Under the pieces are notes generated by a model that did not search any database, was not told the origin of the DNA, and saw only the letters and a list, made by a program, of their open reading frames with translations. The translations under genes and the position numbers were made by a program. DNA of 64,000 bases from a virus, in the IMG/VR virus record IMGVR_UViG_3300042914_002334, positions 64,001 through 128,000 of that record. One strand, 5' to 3'. This document shows, piece after piece, positions 53,707 through 64,000 of the stretch. Position 1 is the stretch's first letter; the number at the start of each line of letters is the position of its first letter.

Positions 53707-56700
53707 ATGAACACTAAAATAAGAACTGTTGATTTTTTACCCGAAATTTTTAGAACTGACAGCAACTCTCAGTTTCTATCCGCGACACTTGATGTTCTTG
53801 TAAATCAGTCTGATCTTGCAAGAGTTCAAGGCTACATAGGAACCGACTACGGATACGGAATAAAATCGTCCGACAAGTATGTTGTAGAGCCTACAAAAAG
53901 TAGAACTGATTATCAGTTAGACCCAAGTGTAATATTTTTGAAAAAAGACACGCAATCTGCTATCGACTTCATCAATTATCCAAGTATGCTCAGAGCATTG
54001 GATAATAAAGGTGCAAAAGTAGACAACGCAAATCGCTTGTTCAGTAATGAATTTTATAGTTGGGACCCATTTATTGACTATGACAAAATAGTCAATTATT
54101 CTCAATACTATTGGTTGCCGTTTGGTCCAGACTCGATTCCAATAGTAAACAGAACACTAATAGCGGGAACATACAATCTCAGAAGTATAGACTCGGCGTT
54201 TCAATTTACTATAAGACCAGATGAAAATCCAAGTCTTGGTCTTGTCAGAGGAAACACATACACTTTTGTGTTGGAAAGCGATGATCCAGAAGAAAAATTC
54301 TACATACAGGGTGTTCCAGGATTGTCTGCGTTTCAGGGAACAACTGATACTCGTCTTTTGTATATAGATGAAATTTCATATGAAACTTTGCCGAATGGTA
54401 AAAAAAGTGTAACCTTTACGGTTCCGAGTAGTGACATTCAGAATGACTACATTGTATCTGGTAACTTGACTGTTGATTTAGTTTCTACTCTGACAGTTGC
54501 AGATATTGACGGAAGAAATGTAAGCGAAATTTATTCAATAGACGAAATAACCGATATAAATGAAAAAACTTTATTGTTTTATAATGGCGATAATGAAGAT
54601 TCTTTCTACACGATAAATGTGAACAATGGAGTGATATCTTTAACAAAAGATTTGACTTCGATTCCGTTAAACACAAAAATAACGATAAACAGCGGCGTTG
54701 AATTTGCAGGACAACAGTTTTTCAGAAATTCTGACGAACAGATAACTCAAGTTCCTTATCTATATTCAATACAAGATGTTCTGTATTATCAGAGTAGTAA
54801 GAATTCAAAAAGATTCGGATCACTACACATATATGATTCAAATGTTACCACTGAAATAAACATAGATGATATTCTTGACAAGAAAACCTATGTCAGTCCA
54901 AATGGAATTAAATTCACAAATGGACTAAAAGTAAAATTTGACGATTCGGTAATTCCAAATTCATATGCAAATAAGGAATACTATGTCGAGGGAGTCGGCG
55001 ATGCTATTAAATTGTTGCCGACACTAAAATTTAGAGTAACCGAATTAAGCAGTGAGATTATTTATAACTTGTGGGACGATATTCCATGGGATATGAATAA
55101 CTGGGATTCTGATTTGTATGAGTCGATAAAGCCAGATTACATCACCATCAATAGACACAGTAGAGATTATAACGCTTGGACAAGAAGTAACCGCTGGTTT
55201 CATCAATCAGTGATTGATACTACGATCAATGCATTGGGTTATCTATCGGCAAGAAAAAATAATGTAATGACAAGAGCACTTCGCCCGATAATTGAGTTTC
55301 GTGGAAATTTACAATTACTAAACGGCGGAAAATATAGTCTTGGCTTCATCACGTATATTGATACTACAATCACAAGCGTTGAACAATTTGTTATCGACAA
55401 CACTAAGATGATTGACGGATTTCAGTTGTTAGCGGGAGATAGAGTAGTCTTTGCAAATGCAACAAATCGTGACAACAGAAAAAATGTTTATGTAGTCAGT
55501 TATAACTCTGATTCAGATGACAGACAGATATTCTTGAATCCAGATGCATCGTATCAAGTTACTGAAGAGACTGAAATACATGTAAAATACGGTAATAATG
55601 CTAAGAGAGGAACAACCTGGCGTTGGATTGAATCAACAGAACAGTGGGTTCAATTACAAAGAAAGATAACAGTCAATCAGCCTCCATTATTTGACATTGT
55701 CAATGACAATGACATTAGTTTTGCAAACACGAATCATTATCCAAATACTAATTTTGCTGGAACAAAATTATTCAGTTATACTCCAGGAGTTGGGGCGGCA
55801 GATCAAGTTCTTGGCTTTCCATTAGCATACAGTAGTTTGAACAACATTGCCGACATCAATTTTACTGTAAATTATAATGGTGATGTTTTTTCTTTTACGA
55901 ATCAAGACCAAGCAATCACGCTGAATATAAATTCAGGCTATGTTAAACACAATTTATTGGATGGAACATTTGAATTATTGACTGGATGGGTTTCTGCCGC
56001 AGGAGATAGTTATCAAAAGCAAGTATTTAAATTTGAAATGAATGCGGGAGACTCAATGATGAAAATCAATCTCTCTCCAATACAAAACACTGTTTGGGAA
56101 CCATTTCAGATTTACATAGAGGATCGACTACTTGATAGTTTTGAATATACTTACACGGTGACAAATAATGTCACTACTGTAGTATTAGTGGAACCACTAA
56201 GAACAAGCGGCGTGGTTACTGTAGCAATCTATTCTAACAGCACAGACCCTAACTCATACTACATAATACCAACCAATCTTTCAAGTAATCCATTTAACGA
56301 TAATATCGTGAATATTGATCTTGGAGATATAAGAAATCAATACAAAACCATATACTCTAATACTCCTGGTATTTCTGGAGTACCATATGGAATAAACAAT
56401 ATACACGATCTTGGAAAAATAAATCAGTATGGAACTTCTATAGTTCAGAACAGTGCCAGTTTGGTTCTTCCTGGAATATTCTTACGAAAGCCAGATATCA
56501 ATTTCTTTGACGCGCTGCAATTCAACAGCGATGAATACTACAATTACAAGACCTTGTTGGTTGAAATTGCCAATAAAAACGATTATAGTATTGAACAAAC
56601 TCCACAGCAAATATTGGACAACATAATTTATGAAATAACAACTATAAAAAATAAATCCAATACATTTTTCTGGACCGATATGCTGTATTCTGGCAGCCCG

Positions 56701-59700
56701 TATGTAACAAATACATACAAATTCAACACTGCGCCAGAAGATAATGTCTTGCAGTTGAGTAAAATGTATGACTTTACAAGTGCTAACTATAGCGGACTCG
56801 GAGTATATCTTACAAGAACGGCATCTGGTAGTAAGACTACAAGACAATTGATAAGAGATATAGATTATGTGATTAGTGATACTGATCCCGCTATAAGAAT
56901 TCTTGTCAACATATTGGCTGGCGATAGTATTACGATTTACGAATACAATCAGACATATGGAAGTTATTGCCCGAGCACACCTACAAAATTAGGTCTATAC
57001 CCAGCGTATGTTCCAACTATATATCACGATGAGATTGCAGGCCCAAATGTGTATTACATTGTTGGTCATGATGGCAGTTACAATAAATTATACGGAACAT
57101 ACGAAAACAACAAACTGAATGACTTTAGAGATATAGCACTATTGGAATTTGAGACACGAATATACAATAACTTGAAGATAAACAGCGACAGTCCACTCAC
57201 TGCTGATGATGTGTTCCCTGGACAATTTAGAAAGACTGAATATGCATATGAAGAAATTAATGATATGCATGCTACTAACTTTTTGAATTGGGTTGGAAGT
57301 AGCAGAGTTGATTTTAAGAAGCAATATTATCGCGTAAATAATCGATTCAGTTACAACTATAATCAATCATCTAACAAGTTGTCTGGCGGCTCAATCAAGC
57401 AAGGAAACTGGAGAGGCATTTATCGTTGGTTGTATGATACAGATAGACCGCATACGCATCCTTGGGAATTATTAGGACTGACTATTAAACCGCAATGGTG
57501 GGACAGTAGATATGGTCCAGCGCCATACACAAGCGACAACTCATATATGTGGAAAGAAATCGCAGATGGCTATGTATGGAATAACGGACAGCCATATGTT
57601 GATTCTAAGAAAGTACGATCTAAATTGCTAAGCATACTTCCAGTAGATAGTTCTGGAAAATTAGTAAGTCCGTTTGTGACTATAGTTGGTAACTACAATC
57701 AACTTACATTTAACAATAATTGGAATGTAGGCGACTGCGGCCCAGCAGAATCGGCATACTTGCATAGCAGTTCTTGGCCATTTGATTTGATGAAGATTCT
57801 TGCTCTTACTAAACCAGCAAAGTTCTTTAACTTAATGGTTGATAGAGACAGATATGTTTATGATGATAACTTCAAACAGTATTTGTATGATAAAAAGTAT
57901 CATCTTGATTGTCGCAAATTAGAGTTGTACGGTAATGGTCAAGCAAAGCATAGTTATATCAATTGGGTAATAGACTATGTAAATGTTAAAGGATTGATAG
58001 GTCACGATGTTGTCACTGATTACATTAGAAATATCGATGTCAGACTGACATACAATCTTGGCGGATTCAGTTCTAAAGAATATCTAAAGTTCTACATAGA
58101 AAGAGCCACGCCAAATAGTAAAAATACAAGTTTCTTAATACCAGATGAAAGTTATACGGTTCTATTGTATGACAACATACCAGAAGAAACGATTCAGTAT
58201 AGTTCGGTTATATTTCAGAAAGTAAAAGACGGATGGACCGTTTGGGGTAACAATCAATCCAAGAACTATTTTACTACTTTGATTCCAAGAGAAATGGGCC
58301 AATATAGTAATATTGAATTTGATAACAGAGTTATCAGAGTATCAAAGAGTTGGTATGACAAGACGCAAATCGTGACATATGGAACAGTTTTCTACAGCAT
58401 ACAGGCGGTTGCAGATTTTATAAACAACTACGGTCAATATTTAACAAAGCAGGGTGTAGTATTTGACACACAATACAACAATGTTGAATTGAATTGGGAA
58501 CTGATGATTCGCGAATTTATGGCCTGGGCATATCAAGATTGGGAAGTAGGCAGCACAATAGCACTGAATCCTAATTCAAGAAAGTTCACCATAAATCGTG
58601 AGGGAGTCATTGTTCAGCCAATGACCGTCAATAATAACAATTATATTCTGAATCAGAATCTAATTCCTATACAAAATGAAAACTCAACAATTTATAGAAA
58701 TGAAAAAGAGTTCACGGTAAGAGTCACTAACGCTGGAGATACCATTGGCTTTACAAGTCTGCAACTTAATAGCGTAGAGCATGCAGTTGTTTTTGACAAT
58801 GTTTCTATATTTAACGATGTTATTTACAACTTAAAAACTGAGTTGCGTCAACCTCGCCTACTACTAAAAGGATACAAAACTAATAATTGGTCTGGATATT
58901 TAGATGCTCGTGGATTTATACTGAACGAAAATAATGTTAAACAATGGGAGCCAGGAGTTAAGTATCCAAAAGGACAAATAGTATTAAATAAAAATCTATA
59001 CTGGTCCGCCACCAAGCTCATAGAACCACAGCAGACTTTTAATTCTATTGAATGGAAACAAATAGACTACGAACGAGTAAAAACAGGATTACTTAGAAAT
59101 CCAAGCACTGATGCATACGAAAGCACACTATATTACGATAGCAATCGTTCTAATCTAAAGTTAGACGAGAATCTATTGGCATTTAGTTTGATTGGATACA
59201 GACCTCGTGATTATTTGTCATCAGCCGACTTGAGCGACATAACACAAATAAATGTGTTCAAGAACATTGTTACCGAAAAGGGAACACTACAAGTTGCCAA
59301 TGCATTCAAGAATGTCAAGTTTGATCAAGGAAGTATCGACTACACAATCAGAGAAAACTGGGCCATCAATACGGGAACTTTTGGAAACATACTAAGTAGC
59401 AACTTCGTGGAGTTCAAGTTAGATCAGAATGCTCTAAATGGAAATCCAACTTTAATCGGATTTAGCGACAATGTCGCGATAGATGACGCTCATCAAACCG
59501 TAAAAATAACAGATATTATCAACTACGAGCGTCCTCCAGTAAGCAGTAATTTCTTGCCACAACTTGACACTTCTGATCCTACATTGGAATATTTGCCGAG
59601 CGCAGGCTATGTAGATATGCGTGATGCTGATTACGCAGTTTATGAGTTTGACAATCTGAATGAAGATAGAACCATAATTGACAATGTGAAGGTCGGAGAC

Positions 59701-62700
59701 ACTATATGGATTGCAAAATACAAACACACATGGCAGATTTATACCGTGGTAGGACTGCAATCACAATGTGTAGAAGTAACCAATAACAAAAATGGAACTA
59801 TAATCGCGTCGTTCAATGAACCTCATGGATTGACAGTCAATCAGCATTTCACTATTGGAGATTTTAATAATTCTGTTGATGGGTTCTATACTGTAAAAGA
59901 AATTAAATCAAACAACTCGGTGATTGCTTATGGATCGTTAGACAGTTCAATAGTAAAATTGTCTGGTCTTGGTATCTCAACTAAGTTAGTTTCTTTAAGA
60001 CATTCTCAGCCGTCCGACGTCATAAACACTAACATACAGTATAGTGAATTTAGAACCAAGAACGCATGGGTGGATAACGATAAGGATAATCATTGGGCTG
60101 TATATTCTTCAAGTCCAGTATTTGTTGAAAAATCTTTAACTGGATATGTTGCTCCTAATACCATAGTATCGACTGTAGAATACAATGATCAACTCGGAGT
60201 AATTTATGCCGCTCCAGCAGAGAATAAAGTTTTTTACTACAAAAACGATGTAGTAAAAAACATAACTATATCAAGCGAGTTGGATATTCAATTTGGAAAA
60301 ATATTAGCAGTTGCTTCTGACAAATTGTTTGTTGGTTCGTTAAACAAGATTTATTACTACAAGTTAAATACCAGCACAAACGAGTTAGAAGCAATACAAA
60401 TATTGAATACTCAAGCAATAGATTTAGCGGCAAGCGTCGATGGAATCTGGCTATATGTTGCAAAGAGTTCAAGAATGATAGATGTATATCACTTGAATAG
60501 AAATACAAACTCGTATGTAAAAGTTGATTCTGTTCAATGTCCAAATGACATTACCAGCGTCGTCACCAGTGTTGACGGATCAAAAGTGTTATGCGCTTCA
60601 AGCACTGCTACCATATCTAACATTGACAATGTTGGACAAGTTTTTGTGTTTAACAGAATTCGCGAAAGATATGTTGCTGACGGGGTGTCGCGAGAATTTA
60701 ATACGCACTATTTTGTCCCTTCAAACACTGCTGATGTATATGATAACGGAGTTTTGATTTCAAGTAACAACGTGATCGTAAATGAATCGACGATTACGCT
60801 GAGAAATATTCCCAACGCTGGAAAAAATATAACGGTTGAATACGGAAAATTAGTTCTGTCTCAGACAATCAATAGTCCGACTATTGGAATAGGGGCAAGA
60901 TTTGGACAGACTATAGATGTAAATCGTTACGGCGCAACATTCATAGTTGGAAGTCCTTATGAAATTATCAGAAAAAACACCAACAACAACAGTTCTATAA
61001 CAGAAGGTGCAGTCTATGTCTATACAAATAGTGGACAACGATATGCACATATAAAACTTATTAATCCAGTCGTGGGCGAAAACGGCGTTATATTTATAAA
61101 TGGATACAAAGTTCTTTTCCCTGAATCTGGAACCAACAATCTAAATGTAATATCGCAACTAATAAACAACAGCACACCAACAAACGTTGTGGCTACTGTA
61201 GTTGACAACACAATTGAAATTGGTTTGCGAGAATCAACAGATTCTGTTCCATATAACAACATAGATTTAGTTGGTGATCTTACCGTGCTAACGTCGTTAA
61301 ATTACGCGCCGTACAGCAACACGCAAAAAATTACATCGCCAAATTCAGATCAAAGTAGTCGTTTTGGTTTCTCGATATCAATGAACGAGCGTGATAGCAT
61401 AGTAATTGGAGCGCCAACTGCCTCAATGATAGACTATACTACTTTTGATGTCACTAAAAACTGTCAGAATGACAACACTACATTTGACAATGACATCACA
61501 ACATTTATTGACATTACGCTTAGAACTGGTATGGCATACGCTTATGAGTATCTGCCGGCGCATAACGAATCGATAGAAAATCCAGGACAATACGCATTTG
61601 GTCAGTATATCAAACCAACGATTGGACACTCAGGTTACAGCACGAAATCCAATTTTGCAATTGTTGTTAAACACGGCAACAATACTATTGTATCAGGCTC
61701 TCAAAATTGGATAAATTCACGGGGTTCTGTATTCTTGTTTAATAGTTCAACAGAATCTGCTGATCCTTGTCATGTTATAAAGTCAACGACTTGGTATGTA
61801 AACAAGAAGCCAATAAACTCGGTGGATATCAACAAGATAAACAATATCAGTATATACAGCACCTCGGAGTCTAATTTTGTTGAGTATTTGGATTATATTG
61901 ACCCACTACGCGGCAAACTTTTCGGTGCTCTATCTACCAATATTGACATAGTTAGCGAACAAGACCCAGCGGGATACGATTCTGTAAGTTTGGCATGGAG
62001 TTCTGATCGTGTTGGAACAATATGGTTAAACCCAACAAATCTTAGATTGATGAACTATCAACAACCAGATGCTCAGTATAACTCAAGATATTGGGGGGTT
62101 GCATTTAGCGGCAGCAGTGCTGATATATACACCTGGATTGAAAGTGATGTAATTCCTCTAAATTATAGTGGCACTGGATTCCCTATGACATATGACAAGT
62201 ATGCCACTGCCAGTGTAATGAATGATGCAACAAACAGTCTGACTACTAAGTATTACTTCTGGGTAAAAAATTACAGTGAAGTTCCTAAAAACAAAACTCT
62301 GAGTCCTATTGCATTAGAGCAATATCTGTTGAATCCTCAGTCAAGTGGTATTTCTTATCTTGCTCCGATATCTACAAATATGATTGCTCTTTATAATAGC
62401 GAAGAATACATTCGCAATTATGATTCAATAATGCATCTGGGATACGGAAATTCAACTTATGATGATAATAAGCACTATAGTTGGAAATTGATATCAACTG
62501 AAAGCGATGATAATCTAACTGGAATTCCAGACGCTAACAACTTGAAACCTTCTGGATTGTATCTAAAATATATTGACAGTTTCGCTGGAATTGATAGTAA
62601 TAATCTATCTGTCCCAGATACTCGATTGCCCGAAATATTAAGATACGGGGTTGGTTACAACCCAAGACAAAGTATGTTTATTGACAGAAGACAGGCACTA

Positions 62701-64000
62701 AAAAATTATGTTGAGTATGCTAATAAAATTCTTGCTCAGTATCCAATTACTGAGACAAGAACCAACTTAAGTTTGCTGAAAGATAATGGAATCGGATACG
62801 ATGTTAGAAATTATTGGACCTATATCAATTGGTGGGCGGCTGGGTATAGCAACGAAATCAAAGCAGCAGTAGAAGTAAATACTTTTGTTGATTTGCTGAG
62901 TATAGGCGACAAGCAACTAATAACTGGATCCAATGGATTAGTGCTAACTCTTAGTGATGGTCTAATAGTAAAAGTAAAGTTGAACAGTTCCGGACTTAGC
63001 GAGTATTACATATATGATAATCTTTCTTGGACCAGAATAGGTTTAGAGCGTGGAACCATTCAGATATCGGACGATATATATATCAAAAACTGCCCGAAAG
63101 AAACAAGAAATGTAATTCGTTGGATAGTAGAACAACTTTACACTCAAGAATTGCGAACATATCGCAACTCAAGTTTAATGTTGATGTTCAACTACATTAT
63201 TAGCGAAACCAATAACAAGAACAACTACAATCAGTGGTTAGTAAAAACAAGTTTGGTTGATGTTAAACACAAAATTAGAAGTCTGCTGCAATATAGCAAG
63301 TATCAAAGAGAAAATAAAGAATTCTTGTTTGGATACTTCAATGAAGTTAAGCCTTATCATGTATATGTTAAAGACTTTATATACAGTTATGATGGCTCTG
63401 AGGTTCTTCCTTTGCATGTCACGGACTTTGATTTGCCAGCAAAATACAATTTTGACAAACTAAAGTTTATTAGTCCTAAGTTAAAAACTACAAAATTAGA
63501 AATGGCGTCGGATGAATCAAGATATGAATCATCAAGTGATGTTTGGAAATCTCCAGAATATAGTAGTTGGTATCAAAATTTTGGCTTAAGTCTAAGTAGC
63601 GGAGTAAAATCTCCCGTTGCAATTGCTATCACACAAGACTACATAGAAAAAGTAGATCAAGTAATTTCTATATCTAATTTTAGTGGACTTCACGATGGCG
63701 ATGTAGTGATAATCGATGACGAACAAATATATGTTGGCAAAGTCGATAGATATAATGGAGTTTTAACTGATTTAATTCGCGGATACAATAGCACTGTGAT
63801 TGCTCGTCATGAGATTAAATCAATCGTCTATATCCCATCTTCAAATATAATTATGATAAATCGTGGTAGAGGATATAGCACTGACACTATTGCAACAATA
63901 GATTTTGATACTACTAAGTATCTGTCTCCAAGACAAGAGATTATATTGACTCCACAAATTGCCAATGGAGAAATGAATAGTATTGCAATAAATAATCCAG
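53707..64000 (+). CDS. Giant virion structural protein (baseplate wedge gp7-like), more than 3,430 aa, truncated by the window edge
   Basis: ATG 53707 MNTKIRTVDFLPEIFRTD...; the frame is open wherever checked and no stop-terminated ORF is listed for it; EVKPYH near 63345; FG-GAP-like propeller motifs (FGQTI..VGSP, FGFSI..IGAP). Confidence 0.8.
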   Translation, partial: MNTKIRTVDFLPEIFRTDSNSQFLSATLDVLVNQSDLARVQGYIGTDYGYGIKSSDKYVVEPTKSRTDYQLDPSVIFLKKDTQSAIDFINYPSMLRALDNKGAKVDNANRLFSNEFYSWDPFIDYDKIVNYSQYYWLPFGPDSIPIVNRTLIAGTYNLRSIDSAFQFTIRPDENPSLGLVRGNTYTFVLESDDPEEKFYIQGVPGLSAFQGTTDTRLLYIDEISYETLPNGKKSVTFTVPSSDIQNDYIVSGNLTVDLVSTLTVADIDGRNVSEIYSIDEITDINEKTLLFYNGDNEDSFYTINVNNGVISLTKDLTSIPLNTKITINSGVEFAGQQFFRNSDEQITQVPYLYSIQDVLYYQSSKNSKRFGSLHIYDSNVTTEINIDDILDKKTYVSPNGIKFTNGLKVKFDDSVIPNSYANKEYYVEGVGDAIKLLPTLKFRVTELSSEIIYNLWDDIPWDMNNWDSDLYESIKPDYITINRHSRDYNAWTRSNRWFHQSVIDTTINALGYLSARKNNVMTRALRPIIEFRGNLQLLNGGKYSLGFITYIDTTITSVEQFVIDNTKMIDGFQLLAGDRVVFANATNRDNRKNVYVVSYNSDSDDRQIFLNPDASYQVTEETEIHVKYGNNAKRGTTWRWIESTEQWVQLQRKITVNQPPLFDIVNDNDISFANTNHYPNTNFAGTKLFSYTPGVGAADQVLGFPLAYSSLNNIADINFTVNYNGDVFSFTNQDQAITLNINSGYVKHNLLDGTFELLTGWVSAAGDSYQKQVFKFEMNAGDSMMKINLSPIQNTVWEPFQIYIEDRLLDSFEYTYTVTNNVTTVVLVEPLRTSGVVTVAIYSNSTDPNSYYIIPTNLSSNPFNDNIVNIDLGDIRNQYKTIYSNTPGISGVPYGINNIHDLGKINQYGTSIVQNSASLVLPGIFLRKPDINFFDALQFNSDEYYNYKTLLVEIANKNDYSIEQTPQQILDNIIYEITTIKNKSNTFFWTDMLYSGSPYVTNTYKFNTAPEDNVLQLSKMYDFTSANYSGLGVYLTRTASGSKTTRQLIRDIDYVISDTDPAIRILVNILAGDSITIYEYNQTYGSYCPSTPTKLGLYPAYVPTIYHDEIAGPNVYYIVGHDGSYNKLYGTYENNKLNDFRDIALLEFETRIYNNLKINSDSPLTADDVFPGQFRKTEYAYEEINDMHATNFLNWVGSSRVDFKKQYYRVNNRFSYNYNQSSNKLSGGSIKQGNWRGIYRWLYDTDRPHTHPWELLGLTIKPQWWDSRYGPAPYTSDNSYMWKEIADGYVWNNGQPYVDSKKVRSKLLSILPVDSSGKLVSPFVTIVGNYNQLTFNNNWNVGDCGPAESAYLHSSSWPFDLMKILALTKPAKFFNLMVDRDRYVYDDNFKQYLYDKKYHLDCRKLELYGNGQAKHSYINWVIDYVNVKGLIGHDVVTDYIRNIDVRLTYNLGGFSSKEYLKFYIERATPNSKNTSFLIPDESYTVLLYDNIPEETIQYSSVIFQKVKDGWTVWGNNQSKNYFTTLIPREMGQYSNIEFDNRVIRVSKSWYDKTQIVTYGTVFYSIQAVADFINNYGQYLTKQGVVFDTQYNNVELNWELMIREFMAWAYQDWEVGSTIALNPNSRKFTINREGVIVQPMTVNNNNYILNQNLIPIQNENSTIYRNEKEFTVRVTNAGDTIGFTSLQLNSVEHAVVFDNVSIFNDVIYNLKTELRQPRLLLKGYKTNNWSGYLDARGFILNENNVKQWEPGVKYPKGQIVLNKNLYWSATKLIEPQQTFNSIEWKQIDYERVKTGLLRNPSTDAYESTLYYDSNRSNLKLDENLLAFSLIGYRPRDYLSSADLSDITQINVFKNIVTEKGTLQVANAFKNVKFDQGSIDYTIRENWAINTGTFGNILSSNFVEFKLDQNALNGNPTLIGFSDNVAIDDAHQTVKITDIINYERPPVSSNFLPQLDTSDPTLEYLPSAGYVDMRDADYAVYEFDNLNEDRTIIDNVKVGDTIWIAKYKHTWQIYTVVGLQSQCVEVTNNKNGTIIASFNEPHGLTVNQHFTIGDFNNSVDGFYTVKEIKSNNSVIAYGSLDSSIVKLSGLGISTKLVSLRHSQPSDVINTNIQYSEFRTKNAWVDNDKDNHWAVYSSSPVFVEKSLTGYVAPNTIVSTVEYNDQLGVIYAAPAENKVFYYKNDVVKNITISSELDIQFGKILAVASDKLFVGSLNKIYYYKLNTSTNELEAIQILNTQAIDLAASVDGIWLYVAKSSRMIDVYHLNRNTNSYVKVDSVQCPNDITSVVTSVDGSKVLCASSTATISNIDNVGQVFVFNRIRERYVADGVSREFNTHYFVPSNTADVYDNGVLISSNNVIVNESTITLRNIPNAGKNITVEYGKLVLSQTINSPTIGIGARFGQTIDVNRYGATFIVGSPYEIIRKNTNNNSSITEGAVYVYTNSGQRYAHIKLINPVVGENGVIFINGYKVLFPESGTNNLNVISQLINNSTPTNVVATVVDNTIEIGLRESTDSVPYNNIDLVGDLTVLTSLNYAPYSNTQKITSPNSDQSSRFGFSISMNERDSIVIGAPTASMIDYTTFDVTKNCQNDNTTFDNDITTFIDITLRTGMAYAYEYLPAHNESIENPGQYAFGQYIKPTIGHSGYSTKSNFAIVVKHGNNTIVSGSQNWINSRGSVFLFNSSTESADPCHVIKSTTWYVNKKPINSVDINKINNISIYSTSESNFVEYLDYIDPLRGKLFGALSTNIDIVSEQDPAGYDSVSLAWSSDRVGTIWLNPTNLRLMNYQQPDAQYNSRYWGVAFSGSSADIYTWIESDVIPLNYSGTGFPMTYDKYATASVMNDATNSLTTKYYFWVKNYSEVPKNKTLSPIALEQYLLNPQSSGISYLAPISTNMIALYNSEEYIRNYDSIMHLGYGNSTYDDNKHYSWKLISTESDDNLTGIPDANNLKPSGLYLKYIDSFAGIDSNNLSVPDTRLPEILRYGVGYNPRQSMFIDRRQALKNYVEYANKILAQYPITETRTNLSLLKDNGIGYDVRNYWTYINWWAAGYSNEIKAAVEVNTFVDLLSIGDKQLITGSNGLVLTLSDGLIVKVKLNSSGLSEYYIYDNLSWTRIGLERGTIQISDDIYIKNCPKETRNVIRWIVEQLYTQELRTYRNSSLMLMFNYIISETNNKNNYNQWLVKTSLVDVKHKIRSLLQYSKYQRENKEFLFGYFNEVKPYHVYVKDFIYSYDGSEVLPLHVTDFDLPAKYNFDKLKFISPKLKTTKLEMASDESRYESSSDVWKSPEYSSWYQNFGLSLSSGVKSPVAIAITQDYIEKVDQVISISNFSGLHDGDVVIIDDEQIYVGKVDRYNGVLTDLIRGYNSTVIARHEIKSIVYIPSSNIIMINRGRGYSTDTIATIDFDTTKYLSPRQEIILTPQIANGEMNSIAINNP

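Noticed and set aside
53917-63463. Small ORF-track calls suggesting a gene-poor region or stop-codon recoding
   Set aside because: A single standard-code frame from 53707 covers the region; core genes are intact and use TAA, TGA and TAG as stops

Overview
A 64-kb segment of a large, AT-rich T4-like tailed dsDNA phage (myovirus-type gene set). From left to right: (i) replication genes on the minus strand (gp41-like helicase cut by the window edge, gp61-like primase, a 187-aa miniature DnaE homologue, gp62-like clamp-loader subunit, UvsW); (ii) a GC-richer early accessory region (about 7.8-13.45 kb) of small genes, most with their own copy of a repeated sigma70 promoter/leader element, including an AAA ATPase, a ribosomal L7/L12 CTD protein and a RelA/SpoT-type HD hydrolase; (iii) uvsY-uvsX-gp32; (iv) putative head-cargo genes, terminase, a Hef-like homing endonuclease and the head module (gp23, 22, 21, core, gp20); (v) a tape-measure-like gene divergent from a gp26/gp51-like pair that can be joined by a -1 slippery site; (vi) a structured non-coding region of about 650 bp (candidate large ncRNA and/or replication origin); (vii) resolvase, gp46, gp47, gp55; (viii) the baseplate module on the plus strand, ending in an ORF of more than 3,400 codons that runs off the window and is absent from the ORF track. 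I saw no tRNA, rRNA or CRISPR array. All product calls come from motif recognition by eye, not database searches.
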